From Spirochaetia bacterium (GTDB taxonomy: Bacteria; Spirochaetota; Spirochaetia; CADAEX01), in contig OY759746.1 in assembly GCA_963662795.1 (NCBI GenBank), positions 1,216,001 to 1,280,000 on the forward strand: DNA of 64,000 bases, written 5' to 3'. Within the stretch, counting starts at the first letter, position 1. Each line of letters starts with the position of its first letter. Shown here piece after piece: positions 28,880 through 38,922 of the stretch. The position numbers were made by a program, and so were the translations under genes. Under the pieces are notes generated by a model. It was not told where the DNA came from. It made no database searches and was given only the letters and a program-made list of their open reading frames with translations.

Positions 28880-29811
28880 AGCGGCGGTGTACTGATACTG
28901 CCGGTGAGGTCCCTTACCGCAGCATAGCGGTCTGCCCATTGAAACATAATATCAATAAAACTTTTCAGATTTTCTGAAAAATATTTATCCTTATGGTAAA
29001 TCATGTAAAACTTTCTGCTTAAAAGGGAATCATCAATGTGCAGGGCGACAAGATCACCGGAAAGCACTTCTTTTTCAACAACCTTCCTGGATATTAAAGC
29101 ATAACCCGCATTGTGACGAACCATATTTTTTACCGCTTCGCTGTCAGAAATTGTACAGACTGTTCTAAAGCTGATTCTGTTCCTTCTCATGAAATGCTCG
29201 ATAGTATCCATAGTTCCGCTCCCTTTTTCAAAAAAGACCATCGGCAGCCGGTCAAGCTCTGCCGGTTCGACCTTTGCCTTTTTTGCCAGCGGAGTTTCGG
29301 GAGAAGCAATCAGCACAAATTTTTCATTGAATATTTCACGTGATACAATTTTTGTATTCCTTACCCTGTGTGATACTATGCCGAAATCATTTTCGAATTT
29401 GCTTGTTGCCTGTATTACGCTTTCATTCGGCATCGCAAAAACTGAAATCTTTATTTCAGGGAATTTCCTTATAAACTCAGGCATAAAATCTGGTAGATAA
29501 TAGGAGCTGAAGCTGTTAATCGTATCAATTACAATATTACCCCTCTTCTGCCTCTTGTAATCGCTTATGCTCTCTTCTATTTTTTCCTCTGTTTCAAATA
29601 TACTTTCGGCCATTGTGTTAAGCATTTTACCGGCATCGGTAAGGACAAATGATTTCCCTGTCTTATTGATAAGAATCAGGCCTGTTTTTTCCTGGAGATC
29701 CTGGACCTGCCTTGTAACAGAAGGTTGTGTTATATTGAGATATTCCGCTGCGCGGGTAAAACTCTGGTATTTCGCTGTATAATAAAATGATTTCAGATTA
29801 TCGAGATTCAT
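28873..29811 (-). CDS. LysR family transcriptional regulator (CysL/CbbR-like)
   Basis: SFTRAAEYLNITQPSVTRQV HTH; EKGSGT, EAVKNMV substrate-binding domain. Confidence 0.93.
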   Translation of the reverse strand: MNLDNLKSFYYTAKYQSFTRAAEYLNITQPSVTRQVQDLQEKTGLILINKTGKSFVLTDAGKMLNTMAESIFETEEKIEESISDYKRQKRGNIVIDTINSFSSYYLPDFMPEFIRKFPEIKISVFAMPNESVIQATSKFENDFGIVSHRVRNTKIVSREIFNEKFVLIASPETPLAKKAKVEPAELDRLPMVFFEKGSGTMDTIEHFMRRNRISFRTVCTISDSEAVKNMVRHNAGYALISRKVVEKEVLSGDLVALHIDDSLLSRKFYMIYHKDKYFSENLKSFIDIMFQWADRYAAVRDLTGSISTPPLQ

Positions 29812-29950
29812 ATAAATATTTTATCATAAAATTTTTGTTATTTCATCACCGGCAGAATATTTTTATAAGAAAAATGCTTTTCTTGACAAATAAAATTTTG
29901 TGCTATACCCTGATAAAGTCCTGAAAATTTTTTACATAACCGTGAGCCAA

Positions 29951-30346
29951 ATGAAAAAAACAGTTTTAATACTAGTAGTTGATGATTCGCGCATAATGCG
30001 GAATATATTAAAAAACTCGTTTGATGAAAAGGAACCCTGGGGAGAAACATTATTCATGGATGCTCCTGACGGAGAAGCCGCGCTTGAAATCCTGAACAGT
30101 CAGCCTATAGATATCCTTCTCCTGGACTGGAACATGCCGAAACTTGACGGACTTTCTCTGCTTAAAAAAGTAAGGCAGATGGAGCAGTATAAAAAACTTC
30201 CAACAATCATGATTACTTCGGAAGCTGCAAAATATAATGTAATTGAAGCCCTTAAGGCAGGGGTAAGCGACTATATCATTAAACCGGCATCACGAAAAAT
30301 TTTAAGGGACAAAGTAAAAGGGTTTCTTATGAAACAGATAGGATAA
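29951..30346 (+). CDS. CheY-like single-domain response regulator
   Basis: ILVVDDSRIMR, LLDWNMPKLDG, MITSEA, YIIKP. Confidence 0.9.
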   Translation: MKKTVLILVVDDSRIMRNILKNSFDEKEPWGETLFMDAPDGEAALEILNSQPIDILLLDWNMPKLDGLSLLKKVRQMEQYKKLPTIMITSEAAKYNVIEALKAGVSDYIIKPASRKILRDKVKGFLMKQIG

Positions 30347-30385
30347 CCTGCCTTATTTCATATTTATAAAAGATAGAGAGAAAAC

Positions 30386-30871
30386 ATGAAAAAAGAATAC
30401 ATAATGCCTTTTGTAGAGGCAACACAGACTGTGTTTCAGGATTTTTTCGGAATTGTTCCTGAACTTGATACCCCATATCTTGTTACCAAAGAAGAAACGC
30501 TGAACTGGGACATCTCCGGGATAATCGGGATAGCCGGAGAGTCGCGTGGAGTAGTTGTCGTCAGCATCAACGCCCAGGTTGCCATGGCTCTTACAAGCAG
30601 GCTCGTAGGAAAACCAATTACATCGCTTGACAATGATGTAATTGATACAATCGGGGAAGTTACAAACATTATTGCCGGAAATGCAAAAAAAGGGTTTGAA
30701 GACTGCAGGCTGAAAATATCCCTCCCTTCGATTATTAAAGGAAGGGAACATGAAATTTTCTGGCCAAAACAGGATATCCCCATCATCAGCATTCCTTTTA
30801 CAATACCTGAAGGTAAAATAATGCTTTTTGTAGGACTTGAAAAAAAGATTACAAGCGATATGTTCTCATAA
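30386..30871 (+). CDS. cheX: CheY-P phosphatase CheX
   Basis: EYIMPF, DISGIIGIAG, DTIGEVTNIIAGNAK (ExxN), ISLPSIIKG. Confidence 0.92.
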   Translation: MKKEYIMPFVEATQTVFQDFFGIVPELDTPYLVTKEETLNWDISGIIGIAGESRGVVVVSINAQVAMALTSRLVGKPITSLDNDVIDTIGEVTNIIAGNAKKGFEDCRLKISLPSIIKGREHEIFWPKQDIPIISIPFTIPEGKIMLFVGLEKKITSDMFS

Positions 30872-30883
30872 TAAGGAGATGAA

Positions 30884-33010
30884 ATGAGTTTAAGAGCCAA
30901 GTTTATTACACTTCTTTTAATATTGAACGGTATTCTTGTTCTTTTCAGTTATTCGCTTTTTATAAATTTCAATACCAATAAAAAAATCAAAAATGAAATC
31001 GCGATAATTGATAATGTAAAGACGGCTCTATACGAAGAATTGATTGCTGTAAAAAGTTTCTACACATCACCTCTTACAGAACAGATAAAAACACTCAATA
31101 CAGTTGAAAAAAATCTTGATCTTGCAATTTCGGATTTACTTAGTGTCGATTTCCTTACAAACCGGAGTTATGTAATCAGGGACGCAATTGAGACAATTAT
31201 ATCAACCAGATACGCCTCGCTGTACAATATGCCGGTAATGTGGGACCTGGCTGATAAGATTTTAAACGATACTGCAAAAACCAATACATCATGGGCAGCT
31301 CTTGAAGTCATAAAAAACACTGCAAAAACTAACGGAATCGAACAGCTTCAGACACGTATTGAAAACCTTGAAATTGTAATTAACTCACTTGAGCAGAACA
31401 TATCATCTTCTCTTGCAAGCTTTGCCCAGCAGTACCAGGTAATAGCTGCAGAAAGGAGTGATATTGAAAGAACCGGTATATTGACATTTATAATTATGTT
31501 TTCAAGTATTGCACTTTTATCAGTTGCAGCCGGTGTGCTTATTATTAAATCAATAATTGATGTAACCTCCAATCTGGAAAGAGCACATAAAGAGACTGAT
31601 GCTATATTCAGAAATATCCATGAAGGTGTGTTTCAGCTTGATCATGATCTTAAAATCGGGAACCTGTGTTCAAAATATTTTGATGATCTTTTCCATTTTA
31701 TTGATTTCAGGGGAATGCTTTTTTCGGAATTCCTGAAACAAATTGGAATTCCGGGGAAAGATCTGTTTATTACCGAAGATTTTCTGAAGCTGTTTTTTAA
31801 TAAGGATATTAATATAAATCTGCTTGGACAGGTGAATCCGATTGACAGAGTAACAATTTCCGTAATTGACGATAACGGAAACGCCAGCGAAAAACATTTA
31901 AGCTTCTCCTTTTCCATGTTTAAAAATGTCAGCGACAGTATGTATATACTCGGAACTGTAAAGGATATAACCGAAGAAGTTCTGTATGCCGAAGCGCTCA
32001 AGGAAGAGGAAGAGAAAAACAAGGAAAAGATGGAGCAGATTTTTCAGGTCATACATGTTGAGCCGTCAATAATGGCTGAATTTTTCGAAGATTCCCAAAT
32101 TGAAATTGACCGGATAAATGATCTCCTGAAATCCAACAAGACAGAATATCATGAAATCCTGCGGGAAATATTTCTTTCTGTGCACTCAATAAAAGGCAAT
32201 GCGCAGCTGCTGGGAATGAAAAATTTCGCAGCAATGATTCATAAACTTGAAGATAAAATAAAATTACTGCTTGAGGAAAAAGTAATTGAGTGGGAAAGTA
32301 TCCTCGAATTTGCAATCCATCTGGGGGATATTCAGGAAGGAATCAAGGAACTTAAGGAAAGGATAAATGATATACTCAAGTTCCAGTCAAACTTCAAGGG
32401 ATTATCCGAAAAGGCCGGTTTATTTGAAAGAGCTCTTCAGCGTGTTCTTTTTTCCGAAGGGGCCCAGGCAGGAAAAACTATAAACCTTGAGTGCAGCAAC
32501 TTCAATTCAAAAGAAATTCCCGATAAACATAGAAAACTGATCAAGGATATTTTTGTACAGCTTGCAAGGAATGCAGTAAATCACGGAATTGAAACACCGG
32601 AAACAAGGAAAATAAAAAAGAAAAAAGAGGAAGGCACTATTTTTATTTCAATGAAAAAAGACCCGGAAACAGGCTCAATTGAATACAGCTTTAAAGATGA
32701 CGGAACCGGTATAAATATCGATTTGATATCCAAAAAAGCAAAAGAGGTCGGCCTTATAAAAGAAGGACAGTCTTTTTCAGTGCCGGATGCGGTAAAATTT
32801 ATTTTTCATTCAGGTTTCAGCACAGCAAAGAATACAACTCTTGGCGCGGGAAGAGGAATCGGACTCTCTATAGTCAAATCAAGAGTAATTGCTGCAAACG
32901 GCAGGATCAGGATAAAAACCCAGAAAGATAAATACTGTGAATATATAATAACCCTTCCTGAAAGCCCGGCAGAGCCGCAGCAGAAAGATCCTGAAAAAAG
33001 CTATGCATAG
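30884..33010 (+). CDS. Membrane-anchored CheA-like histidine kinase (2 TM, PAS-like, Hpt, HATPase; no CheW domain)
   Basis: FLSVHSIKGNA Hpt, QLARNAVNHGIETPETR, KDDGTGI, FHSGFSTAK...GAGRGIGL; protein ends just after HATPase. Confidence 0.85.
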   Translation: MSLRAKFITLLLILNGILVLFSYSLFINFNTNKKIKNEIAIIDNVKTALYEELIAVKSFYTSPLTEQIKTLNTVEKNLDLAISDLLSVDFLTNRSYVIRDAIETIISTRYASLYNMPVMWDLADKILNDTAKTNTSWAALEVIKNTAKTNGIEQLQTRIENLEIVINSLEQNISSSLASFAQQYQVIAAERSDIERTGILTFIIMFSSIALLSVAAGVLIIKSIIDVTSNLERAHKETDAIFRNIHEGVFQLDHDLKIGNLCSKYFDDLFHFIDFRGMLFSEFLKQIGIPGKDLFITEDFLKLFFNKDININLLGQVNPIDRVTISVIDDNGNASEKHLSFSFSMFKNVSDSMYILGTVKDITEEVLYAEALKEEEEKNKEKMEQIFQVIHVEPSIMAEFFEDSQIEIDRINDLLKSNKTEYHEILREIFLSVHSIKGNAQLLGMKNFAAMIHKLEDKIKLLLEEKVIEWESILEFAIHLGDIQEGIKELKERINDILKFQSNFKGLSEKAGLFERALQRVLFSEGAQAGKTINLECSNFNSKEIPDKHRKLIKDIFVQLARNAVNHGIETPETRKIKKKKEEGTIFISMKKDPETGSIEYSFKDDGTGINIDLISKKAKEVGLIKEGQSFSVPDAVKFIFHSGFSTAKNTTLGAGRGIGLSIVKSRVIAANGRIRIKTQKDKYCEYIITLPESPAEPQQKDPEKSYA

Positions 33011-33041
33011 CTTTTAATTATAAACAGTAAACTGTTTGAAA

Positions 33042-34193
33042 TTATGCCAATACAGGAACTATTGCAAGTAGAACACCTGCAGCTACTGCAGATCCGATAA
33101 CCCCGGCTACGTTGGGCCCCATTGCATGCATAAGCAGATAATTTTCAGGATCTGATTCCTGACCGACCTTGTTAACAACCCTTGCGGCCATAGGTACAGC
33201 GGAAACTCCCGCTGCTCCGATAAGAGGGTTTAAAGGATGTTTTTTCATAAATATATTCATGAATCTTGCAAGAAGAACTCCGGAAGCAGTACCTATCGAA
33301 AAAGCAATAAGGCCCAGAAGAAGAATCGCAAGAGTTTCAGGATTAAGAAATTTTTCAGCCTGAAGTTTGGATCCTACAGAAAGCCCGAGCATTATTGTTA
33401 CAAGATTTATAAGCTCATTCTGTGCCGCTTTGGAAAGCCTGTCTGTAACACCGCTTTCACGCAAAAGATTCCCGAACATAAGACAGCCGATAAGGGGAGT
33501 TGCTGTAGGGAGCAGAAGAATTGTAATTGAAAGTACTATTAAAGGGAAAAGGATTTTTTCCTTTTTGCTTACTTCCCGCAATTGTACCATTTTAATCTGC
33601 CGCTCTTTTGCAGTAGTAAGAAGCTTCATTATGGGCGGCTGGATTATGGGAACAAGGGCCATATAAGAGTAGGCAGCGACAGCAATTGCGCCGAGATACC
33701 GTTCTGAAAATCTGCTGGCAAGAAAAATTGCCGTAGGCCCGTCCGCCCCCCCTATAATACCTATAGACGCGGCATCGTAAAGGTTGAAATCAAACATTGA
33801 AAGACTGCCGAGAAACATGGCGCCGATCAGGGTAAAAAATATCCCGAACTGCGCTGCCGCCCCCAGAAAAAACATCGACGGGTTTGCAATAAGCGGACCG
33901 AAATCTGTCATCGCACCTACACCCATAAAAATGAAAAGGGGGAAAAGACCGCTTTCTATTCCAAACCCGTATATGATCCCTATAAATCCTTCAGGTCCTG
34001 CAATGCCTGCAATGGGGATATTGGCAAGAAGGCCGCCAAATCCGATAGGAATAAGGAGAAGAGGCTCAAAATTCTTGCTGATCGCAAGATAAAGGAGAAG
34101 AAAACTGATTCCTATCATTATAAGGGTTTTAATATCGAGATTCATTATTCCGGTTGAAATCCAGAAATTTTCAATAGCAGTAAGAAATACCAT
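33042..34193 (-). CDS. oadB: Na+-translocating decarboxylase beta subunit
   Basis: [55 protein letters not shown]. Confidence 0.95.
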   Translation of the reverse strand: MVFLTAIENFWISTGIMNLDIKTLIMIGISFLLLYLAISKNFEPLLLIPIGFGGLLANIPIAGIAGPEGFIGIIYGFGIESGLFPLFIFMGVGAMTDFGPLIANPSMFFLGAAAQFGIFFTLIGAMFLGSLSMFDFNLYDAASIGIIGGADGPTAIFLASRFSERYLGAIAVAAYSYMALVPIIQPPIMKLLTTAKERQIKMVQLREVSKKEKILFPLIVLSITILLLPTATPLIGCLMFGNLLRESGVTDRLSKAAQNELINLVTIMLGLSVGSKLQAEKFLNPETLAILLLGLIAFSIGTASGVLLARFMNIFMKKHPLNPLIGAAGVSAVPMAARVVNKVGQESDPENYLLMHAMGPNVAGVIGSAVAAGVLLAIVPVLA

Positions 34194-34283
34194 TTTTAAC
34201 CCCTACACAAGTTAGGCAAGTGCCTGTTTTTTCACGACAATATTAATATTATAATATAAAACCAAAATATTTGATAACTTCTG

Positions 34284-34319
34284 TTATTCAAGTTCTGCAA
34301 GAGCCTGCCCGGTCGCAAC
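34284..34319 (-). repeat. Non-coding duplicate of the last 12 codons of oadA
   Basis: 31/36 nt identical to 34365-34400; all 5 differences are synonymous third-position changes (VATGQALAELE*). Confidence 0.9.
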
Positions 34320-34364
34320 ATTTATCCAAAGTTACCACAGATTCGAATAAATCATATCTATCCG

Positions 34365-36290
34365 TTATTCAAGTTCGGCAAGAGCTTGCCCTGTTGCGAC
34401 CTGGTCTCCCTGATTCACAAGAAAAGATTTTATTGTTCCGGATGAAGAAGCCTTAATCTCAGTTTCCATTTTCATGCTTTCAAGGACCAGAACAGGACTG
34501 CCTTTCTCAACACTGCTTCCAGGCTTTGCGATAAACCTCAAAACAGTCCCGGGAAGAGGCGATTTAATCACAGAGTCTCCTCCGGCACCAGAGGCGGATG
34601 AATCTGCCCCGCTGCCCTGCGGAGCAGATTTCTCAGCATCTGCCCCTGTGCCCGCAGCTTTAACCGAAGTTTTTACGGAAGACAGAGCTGAAAAGTCCAG
34701 ATCCTTTACATTGAAATCGACAACTTCATTGTTGACCATTGCCTTGTGTCCATCCATCTTTATCTTGAACTCTTTTCCGTTAACAGTTACCACAAACTCA
34801 CCCTTGTGAGGCGCTTTTTTGCCGCTGCCGGATGGAACAGCCGCTGACGCTGCTGCCCCGGAAGGTGAAGCAGGAATATCCTTGCTTTCAACTTTGAAAA
34901 CCTTTACTTCGCTTTTTCTTTCAATAAAAGTAAGCCCTTTCTCTCCGCAGATTGCAGAAATAAACAGGTTCTCCTCTGTAATCGGAAGCTTCTTTTCTCT
35001 CAGCTTCTCCTTTGCAACCTTCAGCCCCTTGGAAGGATCTTTATCATTATAATCAAGAACAGATCCGGTAAAAGGTTCTATTCCGAGTTTATCCTTTGCT
35101 ATGTTAATTATTTTCTCATCAGCCCTTACCGGGGTCTTGCCGAAATACCCAAGCACCATTTTACCATAGCCGTCAGCTATTCTTTCCCATGGGCCGAAAA
35201 ATTCGTTATTGAACGCCTGCTGAAAATAGAACTGTGAAACAGGTGTAACTGAGGTTCCGCCTCCTCCAAGTGAAATAACTTCACTCATTTTATCAAGAAC
35301 CTTGTGGTATCTTGCATCATCAATTCCCTGGTCTCTCATCATATTTGTGTTGGCGGTTAGCGCGCCGCCGGGCATTGCACAGAACAGAATATCAGGATCC
35401 GTTTTTCTGGCCTCAACCGGGAAAACATAATTCTCAAGGCATTTCTTTAAAACAGACTGCGCCTTTCTTACCCCTTCAATATCCACGTCAAGGTAATAAT
35501 CCGTCCCTTTAAGAACATGCCACAGAGAAACAATGTCCGGCTGCGCTGTTCCTCCCGAGACAGGAGAAAGAGAGACATCAAGCTGGTCTGCCCCCCCTTC
35601 AAGGGCGGCCATATATGTGGCAAGACAGATTCCTGCCGAAGCGTGGCTGTGATATACTATTTTTTTGTCATTTCCGATTATTTTCCTGGCTTCTTTTATT
35701 GTCTCATGAATTACGGAAGGCCGGGAAGTTCCGGCAGCATCCTTGAAACAGAGGGAATCATACTCAATTCCCGCATCAAGAATATTTTTAAGTATGCCTA
35801 TATAGAAATCCTTGTCATGTATACCGTGGATTGGAACAGGCATGTCCATGGTTGTAATGCATATCTCGTGTTTCAGTCCTGACAAACTTATGCATTTACC
35901 TGAATAAATAAGGTTGTCCACATCATTTAAGGCATCAAAGTTTCTAACTGTTGTGATTCCATGCTTTTTGAATAATTTAGCATGCATTGCTATGACATCT
36001 GAAGGGTGGGATTCAAGTCCTACGACATTAACCCCTCTTGACAGAGTCTGAAGATTGATATCCGGACCGCCTATTGTTCTATACTGTCCCATAACCTCAA
36101 AAGGGTTTTCGTTGCAGTAAAAAACAGAGGACTGAAACTGTGCCCCGCCCCCCACTTCAAAATGTTTGATGCCTGCATCGCAGGCCGCCTCAAATGCAGG
36201 CATGATATCAGCAGAAAGCACTCTGCTGCCGAAATAGGACTGGAACCCGTCCCTGAAGGCTGTTAACATGAAATCAATCTTTTTTTTCAT
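34365..36290 (-). CDS. oadA: Oxaloacetate decarboxylase alpha subunit (carboxyltransferase + biotinyl domain)
   Basis: TAFRDGFQS, RNFDALND, CFKDAAG, HSH, MPGGALT, SVTPVSQ, LESMKME biotin motif. Confidence 0.9.
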   Translation of the reverse strand: MKKKIDFMLTAFRDGFQSYFGSRVLSADIMPAFEAACDAGIKHFEVGGGAQFQSSVFYCNENPFEVMGQYRTIGGPDINLQTLSRGVNVVGLESHPSDVIAMHAKLFKKHGITTVRNFDALNDVDNLIYSGKCISLSGLKHEICITTMDMPVPIHGIHDKDFYIGILKNILDAGIEYDSLCFKDAAGTSRPSVIHETIKEARKIIGNDKKIVYHSHASAGICLATYMAALEGGADQLDVSLSPVSGGTAQPDIVSLWHVLKGTDYYLDVDIEGVRKAQSVLKKCLENYVFPVEARKTDPDILFCAMPGGALTANTNMMRDQGIDDARYHKVLDKMSEVISLGGGGTSVTPVSQFYFQQAFNNEFFGPWERIADGYGKMVLGYFGKTPVRADEKIINIAKDKLGIEPFTGSVLDYNDKDPSKGLKVAKEKLREKKLPITEENLFISAICGEKGLTFIERKSEVKVFKVESKDIPASPSGAAASAAVPSGSGKKAPHKGEFVVTVNGKEFKIKMDGHKAMVNNEVVDFNVKDLDFSALSSVKTSVKAAGTGADAEKSAPQGSGADSSASGAGGDSVIKSPLPGTVLRFIAKPGSSVEKGSPVLVLESMKMETEIKASSSGTIKSFLVNQGDQVATGQALAELE

Positions 36291-36304
36291 AAAATGTACT
36301 CTTC

Positions 36305-36490
36305 TTATCCTAACACACTTTTAAGCGCAGCAAGTGCGATTGCTATATCCTTGTCTTCCTTGTTCTTCAGTTTTCTGGTGTTTTTCCCTGAAAAAATAAT
36401 TGTAAGGATTTTTACAGCGCTTATCATAAGCCCGAGAAGAATAAAAACCGTTGTCATACCGATTAAAGTTATTGTTAAACCTGTGATCAT
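36305..36490 (-). CDS. oadG: Decarboxylase gamma subunit (short OadG)
   Basis: GLTITLIGMTTVFILL TM and IAIALAA tail, directly upstream of oadA. Confidence 0.8.
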   Translation of the reverse strand: MITGLTITLIGMTTVFILLGLMISAVKILTIIFSGKNTRKLKNKEDKDIAIALAALKSVLG

Positions 36491-36568
36491 ACCGGCCTCC
36501 TGTCTGATCTGATGAATGGGCCTTCATTTTTTACAATACATTATCGTATCAAATCCATTCATATATGT

Positions 36569-36597
36569 ATTATAAGCACAGATTTTTCAGTTGTCAA
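36569..36597 (-). promoter_or_regulatory. Consensus sigma70 promoter of oadGAB
   Basis: Reverse complement reads TTGACA-17 nt-TATAAT exactly. Confidence 0.8.
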
Positions 36598-36623
36598 TAG
36601 CAAGTTTTGCCGGGGATTAACAC

Positions 36624-36816
36624 TCAGCTGAAAATGTTTTGGATTTTTACCTTGCACGGCAGCCTGTAAGCATTAAAGTTAAAATCAATGCTATTCTTTT
36701 CCTTATTCCTTTTTCTCTGTGGCAACAATAACTGCCGCGTCTGCAAAGTCCATCGTCAGGTCTCTGTATTTTTTTATTAATTCAATAATCCGGGCTTTCC
36801 ATTTGTGATATTTCAT
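36624..36816 (-). pseudogene. C-terminal fragment of a PIN-domain (VapC-like) toxin
   Basis: Manual translation KARIIELIKKYRDLTMDFADAAVIVATEKKE* followed by disrupted sequence and ...FNAYRLPCKVKIQNIFS*. Confidence 0.7.
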
Positions 36817-36857
36817 AAAAATGATATATTACATGAGCCTGTCATGAAATAATCCAA

Positions 36858-38195
36858 TTATCCAATAAGCACTTCTTCGACAGGGTAATCAAACTGGTTA
36901 TTGCTTTTTTTCCCGAAAAGATTCATTAGAATAAGAAGAAGCCCGAACCGTCCGGTAAACATTATCAGTATTATCACAATTTTACCCGGAACTGAAAGAT
37001 ACGGAGTTATGCCAAGCGACAGACCGACTGTTCCAAATGCTGAAAAACATTCAAATACCATTTCCATTATGGTAAATTTCATACTGCTGCCAAAGTAATG
37101 TTCCGATAAAGCCAGCAATAAAATATCGCAGCATAATATTGAAAATGCCTTTACCAGGTAAATAAGTGCCTTATAAATAGTGGAAGACGGTATTTTTCTT
37201 CTGAATAATATAAGATTTTTTCTCTCATCCATCTGCCGCAAGATTGCCAATAAAATTATAAAAAAAGTTGTCACTTTTATTCCGCCTGATATCGATCCCG
37301 GCGCTCCGCCTATAAACATCAATGGAATCAGTATCATTTGAGAAACTATATTCAAATGATCTACCGGAACTGTATTGAAACCTGCAGTCCTTGCCGTAAC
37401 TGAATGAAAAAACGAAACAAGGACTTTCCCACCCAGAGAAACACCGGAAAGGGATCTTTCGTTTTCCATAAAATAGAGAACAGCAGCTCCTGAAATAATC
37501 AAAATCAATGAACTCAATAATACTATTTTGGAATGTACGGTAAGATGTCTTTTTTTATTGATGATTTTTCTCACGATATCCCGGAAAACAACAAAACCAA
37601 TACCTCCTGAAATTATCAACAGCATTACAGTTATGTTTACGGCAGGATTTAACCAATAGTTCTCAAAACTATTGGAAAAGGTTGAAAAACCGGCATTGCA
37701 AAAAGCAGATACCGAATGAAAAACAGAAACAAAAAAAGTATTTTCCACACCCACCTTTAAGAACTGGAAATAAAGAATAAAAGCGCCCGCTGCCTCAATT
37801 GAAAATGTCATCAGCAATATTTGCTTTATAATATCAAACGGCTCATATTCAACCGAATCGAGATAATATTCCCTGATAATCCTGCTCCCTTTTATTGAAG
37901 GTTTACCTGAAGGAATTACGAGGTAGAAAGAGGAAAAACTTATAAGGCCCAGCCCTCCCGACTGTATGAGAAGCAGTATGACAGACTGCCCAAACTGGCT
38001 GTATAAAGATGTATCTACCGTTATCAATCCTGTAACACATACAGCCGATGCCGAAGTAAAAAAGGCATCTATGACCCCAAGCCTTCCTCCGCCATTCCAT
38101 GAAAAAGGCATATAAAGAAAAACAGTGCCCAAAAAAATCAGGGACAAAAAATAAATCAGGATAATACTTGTTTCCGATCTGATTTTATAAATCAT
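36858..38195 (-). CDS. ktrB: KtrB/TrkH potassium uptake membrane subunit (copy 1)
   Basis: Four P-loops SAVCVTGL, SAFCNAGF, TARTAGF, SAFGTVGL; MFTGRFG; start ATG 38195. Confidence 0.92.
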   Translation of the reverse strand: MIYKIRSETSIILIYFLSLIFLGTVFLYMPFSWNGGGRLGVIDAFFTSASAVCVTGLITVDTSLYSQFGQSVILLLIQSGGLGLISFSSFYLVIPSGKPSIKGSRIIREYYLDSVEYEPFDIIKQILLMTFSIEAAGAFILYFQFLKVGVENTFFVSVFHSVSAFCNAGFSTFSNSFENYWLNPAVNITVMLLIISGGIGFVVFRDIVRKIINKKRHLTVHSKIVLLSSLILIISGAAVLYFMENERSLSGVSLGGKVLVSFFHSVTARTAGFNTVPVDHLNIVSQMILIPLMFIGGAPGSISGGIKVTTFFIILLAILRQMDERKNLILFRRKIPSSTIYKALIYLVKAFSILCCDILLLALSEHYFGSSMKFTIMEMVFECFSAFGTVGLSLGITPYLSVPGKIVIILIMFTGRFGLLLILMNLFGKKSNNQFDYPVEEVLIG

Positions 38196-38226
38196 GTTTT
38201 TTCCCGGTTCATCTTTCTGTCTCGAA

Positions 38227-38922
38227 TTATTTTTCATTCTGATCGATAAATCTGTATCCAACGCCGGGTTCTGTGATGATCATTGACGGATTAGCTGGAT
38301 CTTCTTCAATTTTACGCCGTATCTGAAGTATATATATTCTTAAATATTGGCTTTCTTCCTGGAAGTTAGGCCCCCAAAGTTCCTTTAAAATATAATTCTG
38401 GGTAAGAACCTTGCCGGCATTTCTGGAGAGAAGAGTGAGCACTGCATATTCCCTGGGTGTAAATTTTACCTTTTCATCATCAACAGTGACAACCCGTTTA
38501 TTATAATCAATAATGATTCTTCCGGATTTAAAAACCTGTTGCTCCTTGCCTTTTATCTTATGCCTGAATGCCACTCTTATCCTTGCTTTCAGTTCATTTA
38601 TGCTGAAAGGTTTTGTCAGATAATCATCAGCTCCATTATCCAGCAATATGACCTTGTCTTTTTCGTAATCCCTCACTGTCAATACAATGATCGGTATGCT
38701 GCTCCACTCACGTATCTTTTTTACAAAATCAATTCCTTCCATATCCGGCAAACCAAGATCAAGTATTATAATATCCGGAGAAATCTCTGCCGCCAATCTT
38801 ATGCCGTCCTCTCCTGTTTCAGCTTCTGCAATGTTATACCCGCCTGACTCAAGACTGATCCTCAGGAATCTTCTTATCTGCACTTCATCATCTACAACAA
38901 GAATCAAACCGCCTTCATTCAT
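38227..38922 (-). CDS. kdpE: KdpE-type OmpR family response regulator
   Basis: VDDEVQIRRFLRISL, LDLGLPDMEG, IREWSSIPII, YLRIYILQIRRKIEEDPANP, TEPGVGY. Confidence 0.9.
   Translation of the reverse strand: MNEGGLILVVDDEVQIRRFLRISLESGGYNIAEAETGEDGIRLAAEISPDIIILDLGLPDMEGIDFVKKIREWSSIPIIVLTVRDYEKDKVILLDNGADDYLTKPFSINELKARIRVAFRHKIKGKEQQVFKSGRIIIDYNKRVVTVDDEKVKFTPREYAVLTLLSRNAGKVLTQNYILKELWGPNFQEESQYLRIYILQIRRKIEEDPANPSMIITEPGVGYRFIDQNEK

Noticed and set aside
34284-34400. oadA duplicate as a DGR template/variable repeat or readthrough extension
   Set aside because: Differences are synonymous and not adenine-specific, no reverse transcriptase in the window, and the spacer has an in-frame TAA
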